This document shows positions 26,348 through 38,735 of a stretch of DNA of 64,000 nucleotides, piece by piece. Position numbers and translations under genes: made by a program. The notes below the pieces were generated by a model. That model saw only the letters and a program-made list of their open reading frames with translations, had not been told where the DNA came from and did not search any database. Every line of letters begins with the position of its first letter. The stretch's first letter is position 1. Source of the DNA: Callorhinchus milii (taxonomy: Eukaryota); the NCBI RefSeq assembly GCF_018977255.1, contig NW_024704742.1, forward strand, positions 44,456,001 through 44,520,000, in the 5' to 3' direction.

Positions 26348-26695
26348 CAAGATGTCCACAAAGTCTGTTACATCCCCACCCCCCCTTCCCCCAGCCTATC
26401 ACTGACCAACAACAAAAGCATAGGGAAGAATAATGATAATTGTAATTAGGAGTACTTCATTTTATTCAATACAAGTGTTTAACTGTATTTGGATGTCCAG
26501 ACGTCCAGAGGATCAATGTGAGCACCATCATTTTCATGGCAGATAATGATTCGTCACCATGTTGGGTGTGACATCTTCCAAAACATGGATGGAGTGAGGA
26601 GGTGAAATGCATCTCTGACAGTTTGTTTTAGCTCCTCAGTAGTCTCATATTGCTTTTTTGTAATAGGCTTGTAAAAGGACTTTGTGAACACCTTG
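26348..26695 (-). mobile_element. Internally deleted Tc1/mariner DNA transposon with both TIRs and the transposase C-terminus
   Basis: TIRs caagatgtccacaaagtctgttaca (26348-26372) and reverse complement caaggtgttcacaaagtccttttaca (26670-26695); TA at 26696-26697. Minus frame reads KKQYETTEELKQTVRDAFHLLTPSMFWKMSHPTW*RIIICHENDGAHIDPLDV. Confidence 0.8.
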
Positions 26696-27429
26696 TACCA
26701 AATCCGCAGTGATTATTGGCTGATGTGGGAGCAGTGAGGGTGCTGGCGACAGCAGATTGTACTACGTGCCAGTGAGGAGCCCATTAGACACAGAGAGATC
26801 ACTGAAAGAAGGGATCCACTCCCACAATGGCCAACTTGTTTGTCGTGGTCAACATGTAACTGTGCTGTTCTAAGGAGACACACACACTTCTTTAGGTTTG
26901 ACCTGTATCTACTGTTTTACAACCCTTCTCTTCTGAACATGTTTCATTTTTGAGATGGATTGTGTTGGGGAATAATAAATCAGTGCAGGAGATGGTGCTA
27001 TTTGTCAGGCTATGGCTCAGTTATGGATTGCTTCATTTACTGTACAGCCCGTGGCATTTGTGAGCAGGAGCAGCAGCGTGAGGGAGGGAGAACAATTCCA
27101 CCCATGATGATTTTGCTGTGAGAGATGTGCAGGCAGTCAATCCCCAGATCAATGCATACAGATCAGTAGAAATAGTAACATTGGAATATATGGATCTCTA
27201 CAGCATGAGCAGCACTAAAGTAGCTAAGCAGCCTATTCGAGACCAAGACAGCGGCAGTCTCTTAACACACTGACCTTCCCAAATCATTATTACTAAACTA
27301 TGGTATTTTCTTGAAGTAGCAATTTTTTTAGATGGCTTTCCCTCGGCAGCACAGCCTCATTGTTGTTTTAAAAGAATTAATGCTGGAATGGATTTCATTT
27401 CTGCAAAATTTTCACCTTTAAGTTCCTTC

Positions 27430-29785
27430 ACTGTCTCACCCCACCCTATCACTATGGCCTCCTTCAAACCTACAGACCCGGCCTCTCCCTTCAGTCTACT
27501 TCGTGCCCTCTGGCCTCTCTGTCCCATCATTTGCCGGAGCACTTTCTACCTCTGCTCTCTGCAACTCCATCCCAGAGTCCCACTGATTTGTTCCTTTCCT
27601 TCTGCTCCGACCTCGCCTCCGCTAAATTGTCCTTCTACTCCAAGATAAGCTTGGAGGTGAAGGACAACCTCAAGCTCCTGTTCTCCACCACCAACTGGCT
27701 CCTCTGTCCACCTTCCCACACCTCCCCATTCTCTCCTCAAGCTCTGACTGTGAGGAGATGCTAGATTTACCTGAGTCCAAAGTTGAGAGGTTCTATTCAG
27801 CTGCCTCCACCCTCCAAACCGTCATTCCCTCCCCTTCTCCCCCCCCACATTCTGACCCCTACCCATCCAGCATGAAACACACCACCTGCTCCCTTATAAT
27901 AATAATAATAATCCTTGCATTTGATATAGCGCTTTTCACATCTTCTAGACGTCTCAAAGCGCTTCACAGAATATACTGTAAAGTGAATTGACTATATTTG
28001 TGGGCGAACGTGGCAGCCAATTGCGCATGGCAATGTCCCACAAACAGTCGTAGATTGAAAATGACCAATTTATTATTGTTTTTGTTTTGGAGGGATTATT
28101 ATTAGGCGTGTGGAGTAAGGAAACTTGACCAAGGTTTCGCCCTCTGCCTGGAATTGAACTCAGGTCTCTCGCTTGCAAAGCGAGTGCTCTAACCACTGAG
28201 CTACAGGATTCCATCCCCACCCCTCTCCTAAACTCCCAGCTCCACCTCCTCACCCCTCTACTCTCTGACACCAACAATCTCTCCCTATCATCTGGCACCA
28301 TTTCCATCACCCTAAAAACAGTTGTAATCACACCCATCCTGAAAAAACCTTCCCTGGACCCATCTCTGCTTTCTAACTATCGCCCCATCTCCAACCTTCC
28401 TTTTCTTTCCAAGGTCCTTGAAAAATTCTCTGGTCAAGATGACAAATGACATGCTGTCCAACTGTGACCAGGGCTCCCTCTGCCTCCTCGTTCTCCTCGA
28501 CCTCTCTGCTGCCTTCGATACTGTGGACCAATCCATCCTCCTCCACCACTTCTGCTATCACCTCAAACGTCAAGGTTTGTCTTTGAATGGTTCAGGTCTT
28601 ATCTCTCACACTGTCTCCAATTTGTCTCCGCCAACCGTTTCTCTTCCAGCGCTGCAAAGTCTTGTGAGTTGTTCCTCAGAGCTCTACCCTTGGTCCCCTT
28701 CTCTTCAACTTCTACATGCTCCCCGTTAGTGACATCATCAGCAGACATGGGGTCAAATTCTACATGTACGTGGATGACACTCTACTCTATCCGTCTGCCT
28801 CCACCCTCGATTCCAGGACAACAGATGACGCACTATTTGTCAGACGTCAAGTCCTAGATGAGAGCCAACTTTCTTCAGCTGAATGTCAGCAAGACTGAAA
28901 CCCTCCTGATTGGTTCGTGCCAGCATCTCCGCACCTTGGGCTCTGGCGATATCAGCAACCACGGATGTACACTACACCTCACTAAGCCAGTTAGGAACCT
29001 GGGCATCTTGTTCGACCCTCAACTGTCCTTTCTCCCCCATATCCATACCATGACACACTCTGCCTTCCCTCACCTCTGCATCGTTGCCCAACTCCACCAT
29101 TGCCTCACCCCTCAGGCCGCCGAAACTCCCATACGTGCATTCATTACCTCAAGGCTCGACTACGGAAACACCCTCCTTGTCAGCCTCCCCAACTTTTCCC
29201 TCCACAAGCTGCAGCTCATGTCTTCTCCCACACCAGGATCCGTGACCCCATCACACCCACCCTCGCCTAGCTCCACTGGCTCCCCATCCCTCAGAGGATA
29301 GAATTCAAAATCCTCATCCTCACCTTCAAGGCCATCCATGGCCTTGCCTCCTCCTACATCTCTGATCTGCTGACTCCCTATCAACCTGTCCGCTCCCTCT
29401 GCCCAGAAGGCTCCGGCTGTCAGCTGCCTCTGCCCTCCAAAACACCACTCCCTTCCCTTCTTCCCCCCACACTTTGACCCCTACCCTACTCCATGTCTCC
29501 TGCCCGACCCACCCTACCATCAGCTGCCGGGCTTTCAGCCCCTCTACCCCACTCTTTGGAACTCCATCCCACAATCCCTTTGCGTTGCTCCCTCCTTTTC
29601 CTCCTTCAAGGCATGACTCAAAACACTCCTATTCGACCGTGCCTTAGCTGTCCTCTTACCTATCTGCCCTCCCTCACCATACCCTGCCGCCCACCACTTG
29701 GGTCCTGATTCCCAAATGTTCAGACCTTAGGACATCCTCCTGACGAGAAAGGCACTTTACAAATGTAATTTTGTTGTTGTTGTTC
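27430..29785 (+). mobile_element. L2 LINE (RT and 3' end, internally deleted), interrupted by a young SINE
   Basis: ITPILKKPSLDP...NYRPISNLPFLSKVLEK, LLVLLDLSAAFDTVD, MYVDDT, NFLQLNVSKTE, TSRLDYGN; tail tgtaattttgttgttgttgtt. Confidence 0.93.
27897..28213 (-). mobile_element. Young tRNA-Ala-headed SINE (short variant)
   Basis: Near-identical to 7585-7913 and 50288-50607. Confidence 0.95.
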
Positions 29786-30269
29786 TTTCAAGGCACATTT
29801 GAAAATGTACCTCTTTGACTGTAATTTGGTCATCTTTCCTCTCCTCATCACCTCAGCTTCCATCCCGAGTTCAGGTGCCCATTCAACACTGTGAATATGC
29901 TTTGGGATATCCTCTCGATGTGAAAGGTGCTATGTAAATTGTATTGTAAAATATAAGGAATTAGTTCCCCCAAATCCTTGGATCCTCCTTTCATCCACCT
30001 CCTATATAAACGCATGACTAAGTTGAGTATTATTTAACTAAGGATATTTACTACTGAAGGGTTGCCTTGAAATGACTGGTGCCTTACATTCAGGCCAATG
30101 CCAGAAATGGACTGTTCAGGGGAAATTTATACCTTGTTTCATGTTTCGTAAATGTAATACTTTCCTTAATTAACCTTCGACCTACTTTGGGTGAAATTAA
30201 TCTCCTAAATTTCATGTTCACACCAAGTGAAATCTTTTAATTTTATTCCATTTGAGCATCAAGAAGACT

Positions 30270-30500
30270 CTTGGTGTCATAAATGTTTGGAATGAGCAAG
30301 TCTTGCAGTTTCTCAGTGTTCTGGCCAACAATGCCCCCAAATAAAACTGGTTATTCACATTATGGCTGTTTGTGCAACTGGTTGTGTGCAAATTGGCTGC
30401 TGTGTTCACCCACAAAATACACAGTTAATCCTGTAAACCACTTTGGGATGTCCTCCTGATGTGAAGGGAACTATATGAATGTAAAGATTTTTATTATGAT
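30270..30500 (+). mobile_element. Old Deu-type SINE, 3' half
   Basis: ctggccaacaatgccccc...tgtgtgcaaattggctgctgtg...tttgggatgtcctcctgatgtgaag. Confidence 0.7.
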
Positions 30501-30799
30501 ATAAAAATAATCTTTCAGACATTTAATGCAAAATACTATAAAAGAGTTCACCTCTAATGTGAAGGAGTACACAACATAGAAAACATAAGTAAGATGCTGA
30601 GGGTCAGCACACTAATACTAAGTGTCCCAGAGAGGGTATGAATCGAAGGACGGTGCCAAATGAGTAGAGTGTATCTCCCTTTGGGTTGGGGAGGGGTAGC
30701 AATTGGGTGTTAGACATTGATGTCTCTGGTGCCTTCTGCTGACAGATACCAGATAGTGTGGGTGCCAGCCTGTGAGCAGATTGTGCTTCTTCTTCTAAT

Positions 30800-30912
30800 A
30801 AAAATAATAATAATCCTTGCATTTGATATTGCACTTTTTATGTCTTATAGACGTCTCAAAACGCTTCACAGAATATACTGTAAAGTGAATTGACTGTATA
30901 TTTGTGGGCAAA
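30800..30912 (-). mobile_element. 5'-truncated young SINE (3' end only)
   Basis: aataataataatccttgcatttgatat...gtgaattgactgtatatttgtgggc. Confidence 0.85.
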
Positions 30913-31284
30913 AAGAAGAAAATAAATCTTTGTGAAATCTCCAAAAATTACACCAACCTATCCAATATTGCAACTTGAAGATCTCACCAAGCATAGTTTG
31001 TGATTTGCACTTTGCTGAAGGCTGTTTAGGAGGTGCAAGCAGTGGGAACACCCCATGCTGTGGATCAGAATAATGTGGGCTTGCTGGATACCAGCCTGTG
31101 GCCTGAAAATAAAGTATAGTGGCAATCAATCATAACATGACATTGCATGATTGACAGGGATGTTCTGACATGCATATTTTATGTTGCTGGCCTTGCAATT
31201 CCCAGCTCCCATAATGACACAAGGCTGTCAGTAGCTCTACCTGGCAAATCACTGTGTTTAGACAATAGATCAAGAAAATTATAA

Positions 31285-31855
31285 CACGTGATAAAAACAG
31301 AAGTCACTGGCAACACTCAACAGGTTAGGCACCATCTATGGAGAGAGGAAAGTGAGTTAACTTTTCAGGTTGATGACCTTTTGTCAGAACTGGGGGATGT
31401 TGGAAGGGAGCAGACTATAAGGACAAGCAGAGAAGCGGGTGGGCAAAGAAAGACAAAAGAAAAAATTAGGTGGAGGACAGAAGATGATGAGATCAGAGGT
31501 GTTGATGGTGCAAGACAAAATAAAGCAATAGTGGAAGATTATAGAGAAAAGATGTGTCTGAGGTGCAGAGGATATGTGATTGATTGTAGAAGAGGTTGAC
31601 AGGGGACGCAAGGCTGAGAGAAGATGGGAGCTGTGTTTAAGATCTGAAGTGGTTAAACTCAATATTGAGGCCAGAGTGCTGTGAGGCACCTAGGAGGTAA
31701 ATGAAGTGCTGTTTCTCGAGCTTGCATTGTGCTTTGGTGGAACAGAATAGGAGGCCATGGACAGAGAGGTCAGAATGGGAAGGAGAATTAAAGTGGCAAG
31801 CGACTGGAAGCTCAGGATTACACTTGTGGACAGAACAGAAATGTTTTATAAATAA
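31285..31855 (-). mobile_element. Penelope-like element fragment: GIY-YIG C-terminal region and 3' repeat
   Basis: ORF 31637..31870(-) reads ELPVACHFNSPSHSDLSVHGL...KLEKQHFIYLLGASQHSGLNIEF, typical of Penelope-like element C-termini; followed by a hammerhead-like motif. Confidence 0.88.
31355..31391 (-). ncRNA. Decayed minimal hammerhead ribozyme motif of the Penelope-like element
   Basis: agtt-CTGACAA-aaggtcatcaacct-GAAAA-GTT-aact: stem I agtt/aact, stem II aggt/acct; the core has two substitutions relative to CUGANGA...GAAAC. Confidence 0.65.
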
Positions 31856-32289
31856 AACTTTCTTTTTCAAATTTGTATTATTGCTGAAAGTCCTTCCTTG
31901 TTAGAAAACTTAGGCAGTGTAATTACTAAGTTATTAGGGATAATTCAATCAATTATAGTAATCATACACACTTAGCATATGTAAATTATGTTGATTAGAA
32001 ATGAGACATTCTTTGACAACTGAAAATCAAAGTTCTATTTCAAGACAGTCGAAGAGTTTAACATTATGGAGTTAGGGGATAGCCTATTGATGAATAATGT
32101 TAATTAACTTCAGGTTAGATATTTAAATGAGGGTGGTTTTAAAATGGACATTTCTCCTAACAACTGTGAAGAGCTTGTTTGTTCCTAACTTTATGAAAAC
32201 TTTGGTAAATGCATTCAGAATACTCTTAGGGATAATGCAGTAGTGAATTATGCTATTTTTACAGGAATGGATGGGTGATGAATTGGGGA

Positions 32290-32720
32290 GTGAGGAGAGG
32301 TAGGGAGGTGCCAGGGAGTGAATGGATTTGAACATGAAAATGAGGATGCGGAAGTTGATCCATTCAGTGATTGGGAGCCAGTGGAGCCTGGCCAGAACTG
32401 GTGAGATGTGGGTACGGAGTTTGGTTCAGCTAAGTCTACAGGCAACAGAGTTCTGAATAAGCTGGATCTTTTGAATAGTGGAGCTGGGGAGACAGGTGAG
32501 GAGTGCGCTTGAGTAATCCAGATGAGAGGTGACAAAGGCATACACGAGGGTTGCGGCTGCATTTGGGGTAAGGTATGGTCAGAGGCAGGCAAGAAGGTGA
32601 TCCTGGTCAGTGACTGGATATGGGGGAGGAAGGACAACTGGGGGTTGAACTGAATGCCTAGATTGCACACTGGTTTGGTGAGTCTGAGGGAGAGCACAGG
32701 GAGTTTGAGGAGTTTAGAAC
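32290..32720 (-). mobile_element. L2 3' coding fragment
   Basis: LTKPVCNLGIQFNPQLSFLPHI, LHWLP, FKSIHSLAPPYL. Confidence 0.85.
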
Positions 32721-32924
32721 TGCAGAGTAAGTTTTATCATGTCATATAAATATCATTATTGTCTTGTATATAGTTTTGCAACAGAATAAAACAATGGATT
32801 TGGGTCAAAGAGAAAAACTATCCACCTAAGCATTAAAAATTGAAAGAATGCTAAGCCTCAGAATAACAGTTCTGTCACTTTGTGTCACTTCCTTGAACTT
32901 CTGTTTATTTCCAGTAATACATCT

Positions 32925-33400
32925 GCATGGCTCAGTTGACAGCACTCTAGCGTCTGGGTCATAAATTTGTGGGTTTGAGTTCCATGTCAGGAATTTGAGC
33001 TGACAATCTGGGCTGAAATTCAGCATTGTGTTGGTAGAGAGCTGCATTTTCGGAGGTGCCAAGCTTTGGATGAGATGTTAAACTGAGGTCCCACCTGTCT
33101 GTTCAGGTAAGCGCTCCGAGAAGCTGTCCAGCATGAATGGCATTGTATAAATGCAAGTTGATGTTGTTGTTGTTATAGATATTAAAGATCATTTGGTACC
33201 ATTCAATAACAGAAGGTAGTTTCTTCCGTTTTCCTGGTCAATAATTCTTCAAATAAAATTGGTCATTCACTTCATGGCCATTTGTGGGACATTGAAGTGC
33301 ACAAATTGGCTGTCACATTTGTCTACATATACACAGTAAATTTACAGTAAATGTTGTAAAGTGCATTGAGTCATTTTGACAAGGATTATGATTATATTAC
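32925..33400 (+). mobile_element. Old Deu-type SINE, near full length, with an L2 tail inserted at about 33110-33175
   Basis: ggctcagttgacagcactctagcgtctgggtc head; body and aaggattatgattat tail. Confidence 0.8.
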
Positions 33401-33459
33401 CTTATTTCAGCTACACTTACTCAATTTCTACCATTTCGAGATAATTGACCTTTATGTCA

Positions 33460-33760
33460 CATTCTAGCTGCCACTCCAATACAGTACTAGGGGTGTGCTT
33501 CTTTGTTGGAGGTGCCCTCTCTTGAGATGTTAAACTGAGGTCCCTGCTACCTATTCGGATGGAGGCTAAGGATCCCATGACACTATTTGAAAAGAAAGAG
33601 GAGTTTTTCCCGGTCCTGGCAAACAATCCTCTTGATAAATGAAAGTTACTTCAGGCTGTTTGTGGGACATTGATGTTGGTAAAGTGCCTGCCATGTTTGC
33701 CTATAAATATACAGTCATTACACTTTACCAGAGAAGCAATTTGACACTTTTCATAGTTAT
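33460..33760 (+). mobile_element. Old Deu-type SINE
   Basis: cagtactaggggtgtgc...gagatgttaaactgaggtccc...ggatcccatgacactatttg...gctgtttgtgggacattg. Confidence 0.75.
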
Positions 33761-33919
33761 AGAGGGTATATCACTTGGGAATATGCCCCACTATTTCAAT
33801 TTTTGCACCTAATGTCTTACATATGTTTTATGAGAAGGAAACATTGCTTGCAGTATGAAATGAATGGCTTTTACAATAACCAGAATTCGCTAACACAGCG
33901 GGTGAGATTATTTCTCTTT

Positions 33920-34240
33920 AACAACAACAACAACTTTCATTTGTATAGTATGCTTCACCCAGGTAGCATCTTGGAGCCTTTTACAGAAGTGTGCCTTGAC
34001 ACCAAGCTGGAAAAGGAGGCAAGGTGGCCGAAGGATGGTCAAAGAAAGTCTTCATGTGCGATTTGAAGATGGGCAAAGAGGGGCAAGATGGAAAGATTGA
34101 GGCAAGGAGTTCTAGAGATCTGGGGGATAATGGCTAAAAGCCTGGCTGCAAATTATGGTATGGAGAGTATGAGGGATGTGCAGAAAAGCCGAGCGGGCTG
34201 AGCGAAGGCAGCGGATAGAGGAGTGGGGTGTGAGCAGAGC
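33920..34240 (-). mobile_element. L2 3' fragment
   Basis: (aac)n tail followed by degraded L2 C-terminal sequence. Confidence 0.7.
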
Positions 34241-37019
34241 TGGATAACCTGGGCCTGTGTCTAAATCCCACCCAGACTCAAGGGTGAAAGTTTCTCTTCT
34301 TCTTGCTGCAAGGATCCTCCATGAAATAAGTTACTTGTAAGTGCTCCGGAAAGCTACCCCACATGAAGAGCACTATATAGTTGCAAGTTGTTGTAAATCC
34401 ACAGCAGAAAATTGTCACCAAATGTTACCATACTAGTGCTCCATATTGACTCAGAGATTGACTACCAAAATACAATCACTAGGCTCCTCAGAGAACCCTA
34501 TGAAGTACTTTGAGATGTTCTCCTTAACTAGTAGGCTCTTTATCAAGTGCAAAGATTATTAGTTTTATCAAAAAATCCATTTGCAGCAATAACATCCCTT
34601 GTCATTGGCAGGTATAGCAATTTAATATTTCATATTAAAAGACTTTTGCCATACATTACCTACAAGAATTTAATTAGATATACAACGACAAGAACAAGTT
34701 ACACTGTATAGCGCCCTCCATGCAGGGCAGCATCTCAGAGTACTTAAGATATCGTTTTGTATTATTACTTGAATTATACCCACTTGCCAAGCAAATTAAG
34801 TAACATTCATTTGCTAGGTGTCAGTATTGTTACTGATGGCACTGCAATTAGGACCAATCCATATCTTCAGCATTATGTTTCTTCTTTGTAAAGTAGTATG
34901 GTCAAAATGATTATGTTAATTAAGACATGGAAAACCTAATGCTTGCATGAACTGTGAGAACTTTATAGCAGTGATACATAGACACTTCTAATATCATTGC
35001 CTCTGGCAAAATACTTATATTTATCCACTTTCTATTCAATTGCATTTTACAATAATTGTCTGTTGTATCCTTATGGAATAATTTATCTCTACTGCACATC
35101 ATATTATCTGTTCTGAATACTTCAAATATAGTTTCCTTTCCTAGTCAGGGGCAGTTGTTTACTCTTATTTCTTAGTCAAAATTATTTTGTTAGTTTGGGG
35201 GGATTTTGTGGTGGCTTACCTATGTCTTCCTTATATTTAGAATCTGTATTAAGTTATGTATTCAGAAATGTAATCTTATCAATATAAATTCACTTTCAGT
35301 GCCAGATTTGCACAATGAAATCTCAATGAAATCAAAAAAGTAACGGACTCAACTTAAGAGCAGTTTCAATTTCCCAAGAAACAGGTGTTAAAAGCTTAAT
35401 TGAGTTATTTTTTCATATAAATCTATCCATAAAGGACAAAACAGTATGTCCTGTTCTGCTGCTTCTGCTGCTAGATGCCACTGATGTGCTTTGTATGTGT
35501 TATTGTGTCGTCCACTAACATAACGACTGCTGAATGTGAAGCAGGCACCACTTTGTTAGAGATGGTAGGGATGCACATGTTTTCTGCCATGGTGATCTGG
35601 TTTGAGTCCTGTGTACTTCTTTATCCCTTATCCAGTCCTTACAGCTTCAATTTTGTCACTTTTCATCTAGACCATCGGATTGTACAAATTATTATAACAG
35701 CACGACATTCTATAGCGACAAAAAAGGACCACAAGTTCTGAGCACCATTGCAGGCTTCCCTCCTGCTGGGTAATCATGGAAATGCTTTAATGGTAGTTGT
35801 GGAGTCTCCATTTGCTAGATTTGTCCGCCTTCCCAGTAGTTAATGGCATTTCAAGAAATTCATTGAGTACTGTGAATAAAAATAAAATCTAAGAGTAATG
35901 CTTAATATACACTTTGTCAGAATACTTTGCAATGGGGTGTACTGTTCTTCCTCTCACTTTGGGAAAGAAACAGCTTTTAAACCTTTTAGAGAGTGAAACA
36001 TTAGCGGTTGATTTCCAGCCTCCTGATGTGACATTAAAATCATTTACTAATGACATTAGATAGGACAGTTTGCAGGTTATTTTGCACCGTAGCAGAATGT
36101 GAAATGTTTTTAAAGGAGGCTTGAACAATGATCACAGATTTAAGGAAGAATACCACATCAATGACTTGGATTTCAGCTTTTCTTACACTTGTGTGAAAAG
36201 CCTTCAATATCACTCAAACCTGTGGTGCTTGTGTGTTATGAGCCTTTCACACTTGCAAACCAAAATTTACCATCTCTTGTGCGATATCCTGTAAGTAGCA
36301 AATTGCTAAAGCTTTCGAACTTTACTCACACTACCCATTGGGTACAAATTGCAAGGCTGGCAGCAGTTGCAGTAGAGGAAATGTGAACAACTATGTTCCA
36401 AGCATTATATTGATAAGTCCAGTGTGTTTTGTGAATGGAGATCATTAATATCACCAGAGCTGCTCGGCAATGACTGAATCTCCAGTGGTTCTGAATGTTG
36501 TGTAGATAGCTCCGGGAGACATCCATTATCAGAATCAATAAACACCTCTAAAGTTATCCAGGTTTCAAATAAGTTCTCAAACTGTCTTTAGTTTTATTTA
36601 AGAGAAGTGACCAGCATTCAACAGCATGTCATGAAGCAACATGGAACATTAGAATTGGAATAGGCATAACTGGCAGTGTGGCCTGACAGTATTCACTGAA
36701 GCTCATTTCAGTGGTTGAAAACAATCCTGGTAAACTGGAATCCAAGATGCAGTGCCCAGAGCTTTTCAGTCAGATTTGGGTGCTACCACTATTTGGAAGT
36801 TAGATGGCCATTTAAAACATACGTTAATATAGTTCCTTAAATAAGCTGCTGGACTGGATTAATGCTCTCGATCTTTGGTTCATTACAATCAAAATAAATA
36901 AAGTTTGCTACAAAAGGTAATTTTTTAATGCTCTTTCATGTTCATTTGTAAATGATCAAATTTTGACTCACTGTTGAGAGTTTAGAGATCTGTGCCTTAG
37001 TGTAATTATTTTTCAGCAG

Positions 37020-37870
37020 AGAGAACCTGGAGAACAGTTGTATCTTTATAGATGGGAGTGCAAATAGGCAAGACCATAAAAAAGCAAGTGGAATGACATG
37101 TTTTATTTGCAGGGGCTTTGAATAGAGAGCAGTGAGGTAATACTGATTTTGTGAAAATTATTAGTTAGGCCACAGTTACAGTATTGTGTCCAGTCTTCAG
37201 TATTTAATTTCAGGAAGAACATTATAGCCATGGAGATGGTACAGTGGATTCACTGGAATGATAATAATAAGAATCCTTGCATTTGATTTAGCACCTTATC
37301 ACATCTTCAAGACACCTCAAAGTGCTTCACAGAATATTCTGCAAGTGAATTGATTGTATATTTTGTGGGTGAAATCTGGCAGCGATTGCGCACAGCAGTG
37401 TCCCACCAACAGTCATGAATTGAAGTGACCAATATATTATTATCATTTTTTTGAAGGAATTATTACTCCTGGAAAAGCGATCCGCCAATCGACCAACAAC
37501 ATATTTCCTACATACTGCTAGGTAGACAGAGGCATGTGGAGTGAGGAAACTTACCCAACATTTCACCCTGCCAGGAATTGAACCCAGGTCTCTCACTTGC
37601 GAGGTGAGTGCTCTAACCACTGAGCTACAGGACTCCACGATACTAGGTTAAACACAAGTTATATGAAGAGAATTGAAAATTTCAGTTGTTTTGCAGTGGA
37701 ACAGCGAAGGTTAAGAGGGATTGGAGAAGAGTTTGTATGTTAGGAATGATTTTGATTTAATAAAAACAGAAACATTGTTTCCACTGATCAGTGAGTTAAT
37801 AATGAGAGCATACATTGAGGATATCACTGGAAGATAAAGGGGATGTTAGATGCTAGAATTCACTCCAGAA
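37020..37870 (+). mobile_element. Degraded CR1 fragment interrupted by a SINE
   Basis: LVRPQLQYCVQ, IAMEMVQ and QRRLRG-like segments on both sides of 37262-37638. Confidence 0.65.
37262..37638 (-). mobile_element. tRNA-Ala-headed SINE (long variant)
   Basis: Full head and tail; extra ~62-nt segment at 37468-37529. Confidence 0.92.
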
Positions 37871-38219
37871 ATTATTATGATTCATTTATGAATGACTGAT
37901 AGGAAAATAGTCAAAGTTCTGACACATAAAATACAAATGAAAAAAAATATTTTGCCCACTGTGAATAGTGTGTATACTAGATTCACTAACTTGCAAACTT
38001 GTAACATCTACACGTCCCATACTGAAACAGTGTTCTAACTGAGCACATATTTGGACAGATCTCAGACAAGTACAGATTTATACATTTAGTTTAATGAGAG
38101 TTCAAATGTTTATTTCTAGACAGCTCCCATTCTATTCTACTCATCCATTCTATTCCTGCCTTCAGGCACTACCTGCTCCACGTTGACCCACAACCCCACT
38201 CCAGTTTTGAAGGTGAATC

Positions 38220-38735
38220 ACAATACAAATATAATAAAAACATTACTTTTCCATAGCGTCTTTCACATCAGGCGGACATCCCAAGTTGCTGGACAGTCTG
38301 AGGTTTGCAGCTGGAGGTTGGGGTCGAGGGACCGGGGGTGAGAGGATGGGAGAGGAGAAGATGGCCAAAAGCACAGACAAAGAGGAAAGTCTTGACACAG
38401 ATCCTGAAGGAGGCAAGGGAAGGGACAGTTTCAGAGCTTAGGTTAAAAACCTGATGGCTAATTGTGAGGTGGGAGATGTGAAAAAAGCTGATGCCAACTG
38501 AGTGGCAGAAGCAACTGGGTTGTTAAGGTTTGAGGAGGTTACAGAGGTAAGTTGCTAAGACGATGGAGGGATTTTAAGGTTAAAATGAGGATCTTGAAAT
38601 CGATCCACTAGGGAATGGGGAGCCAGTATAGTCAGGTGAGGATTGGGGTCACAGGCTTGAGGAGCCTAGTGTGGGAAAGGACACGAGCTGCAGAGTTCTG
38701 GATAGTCCGGACTTGTGAAGGGAAGTAGTCCAGTA
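38220..38735 (-). mobile_element. L2 3' fragment
   Basis: Reverse strand QNSAARVL, WLPIP, FKILIL; L2-type tail. Confidence 0.8.
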
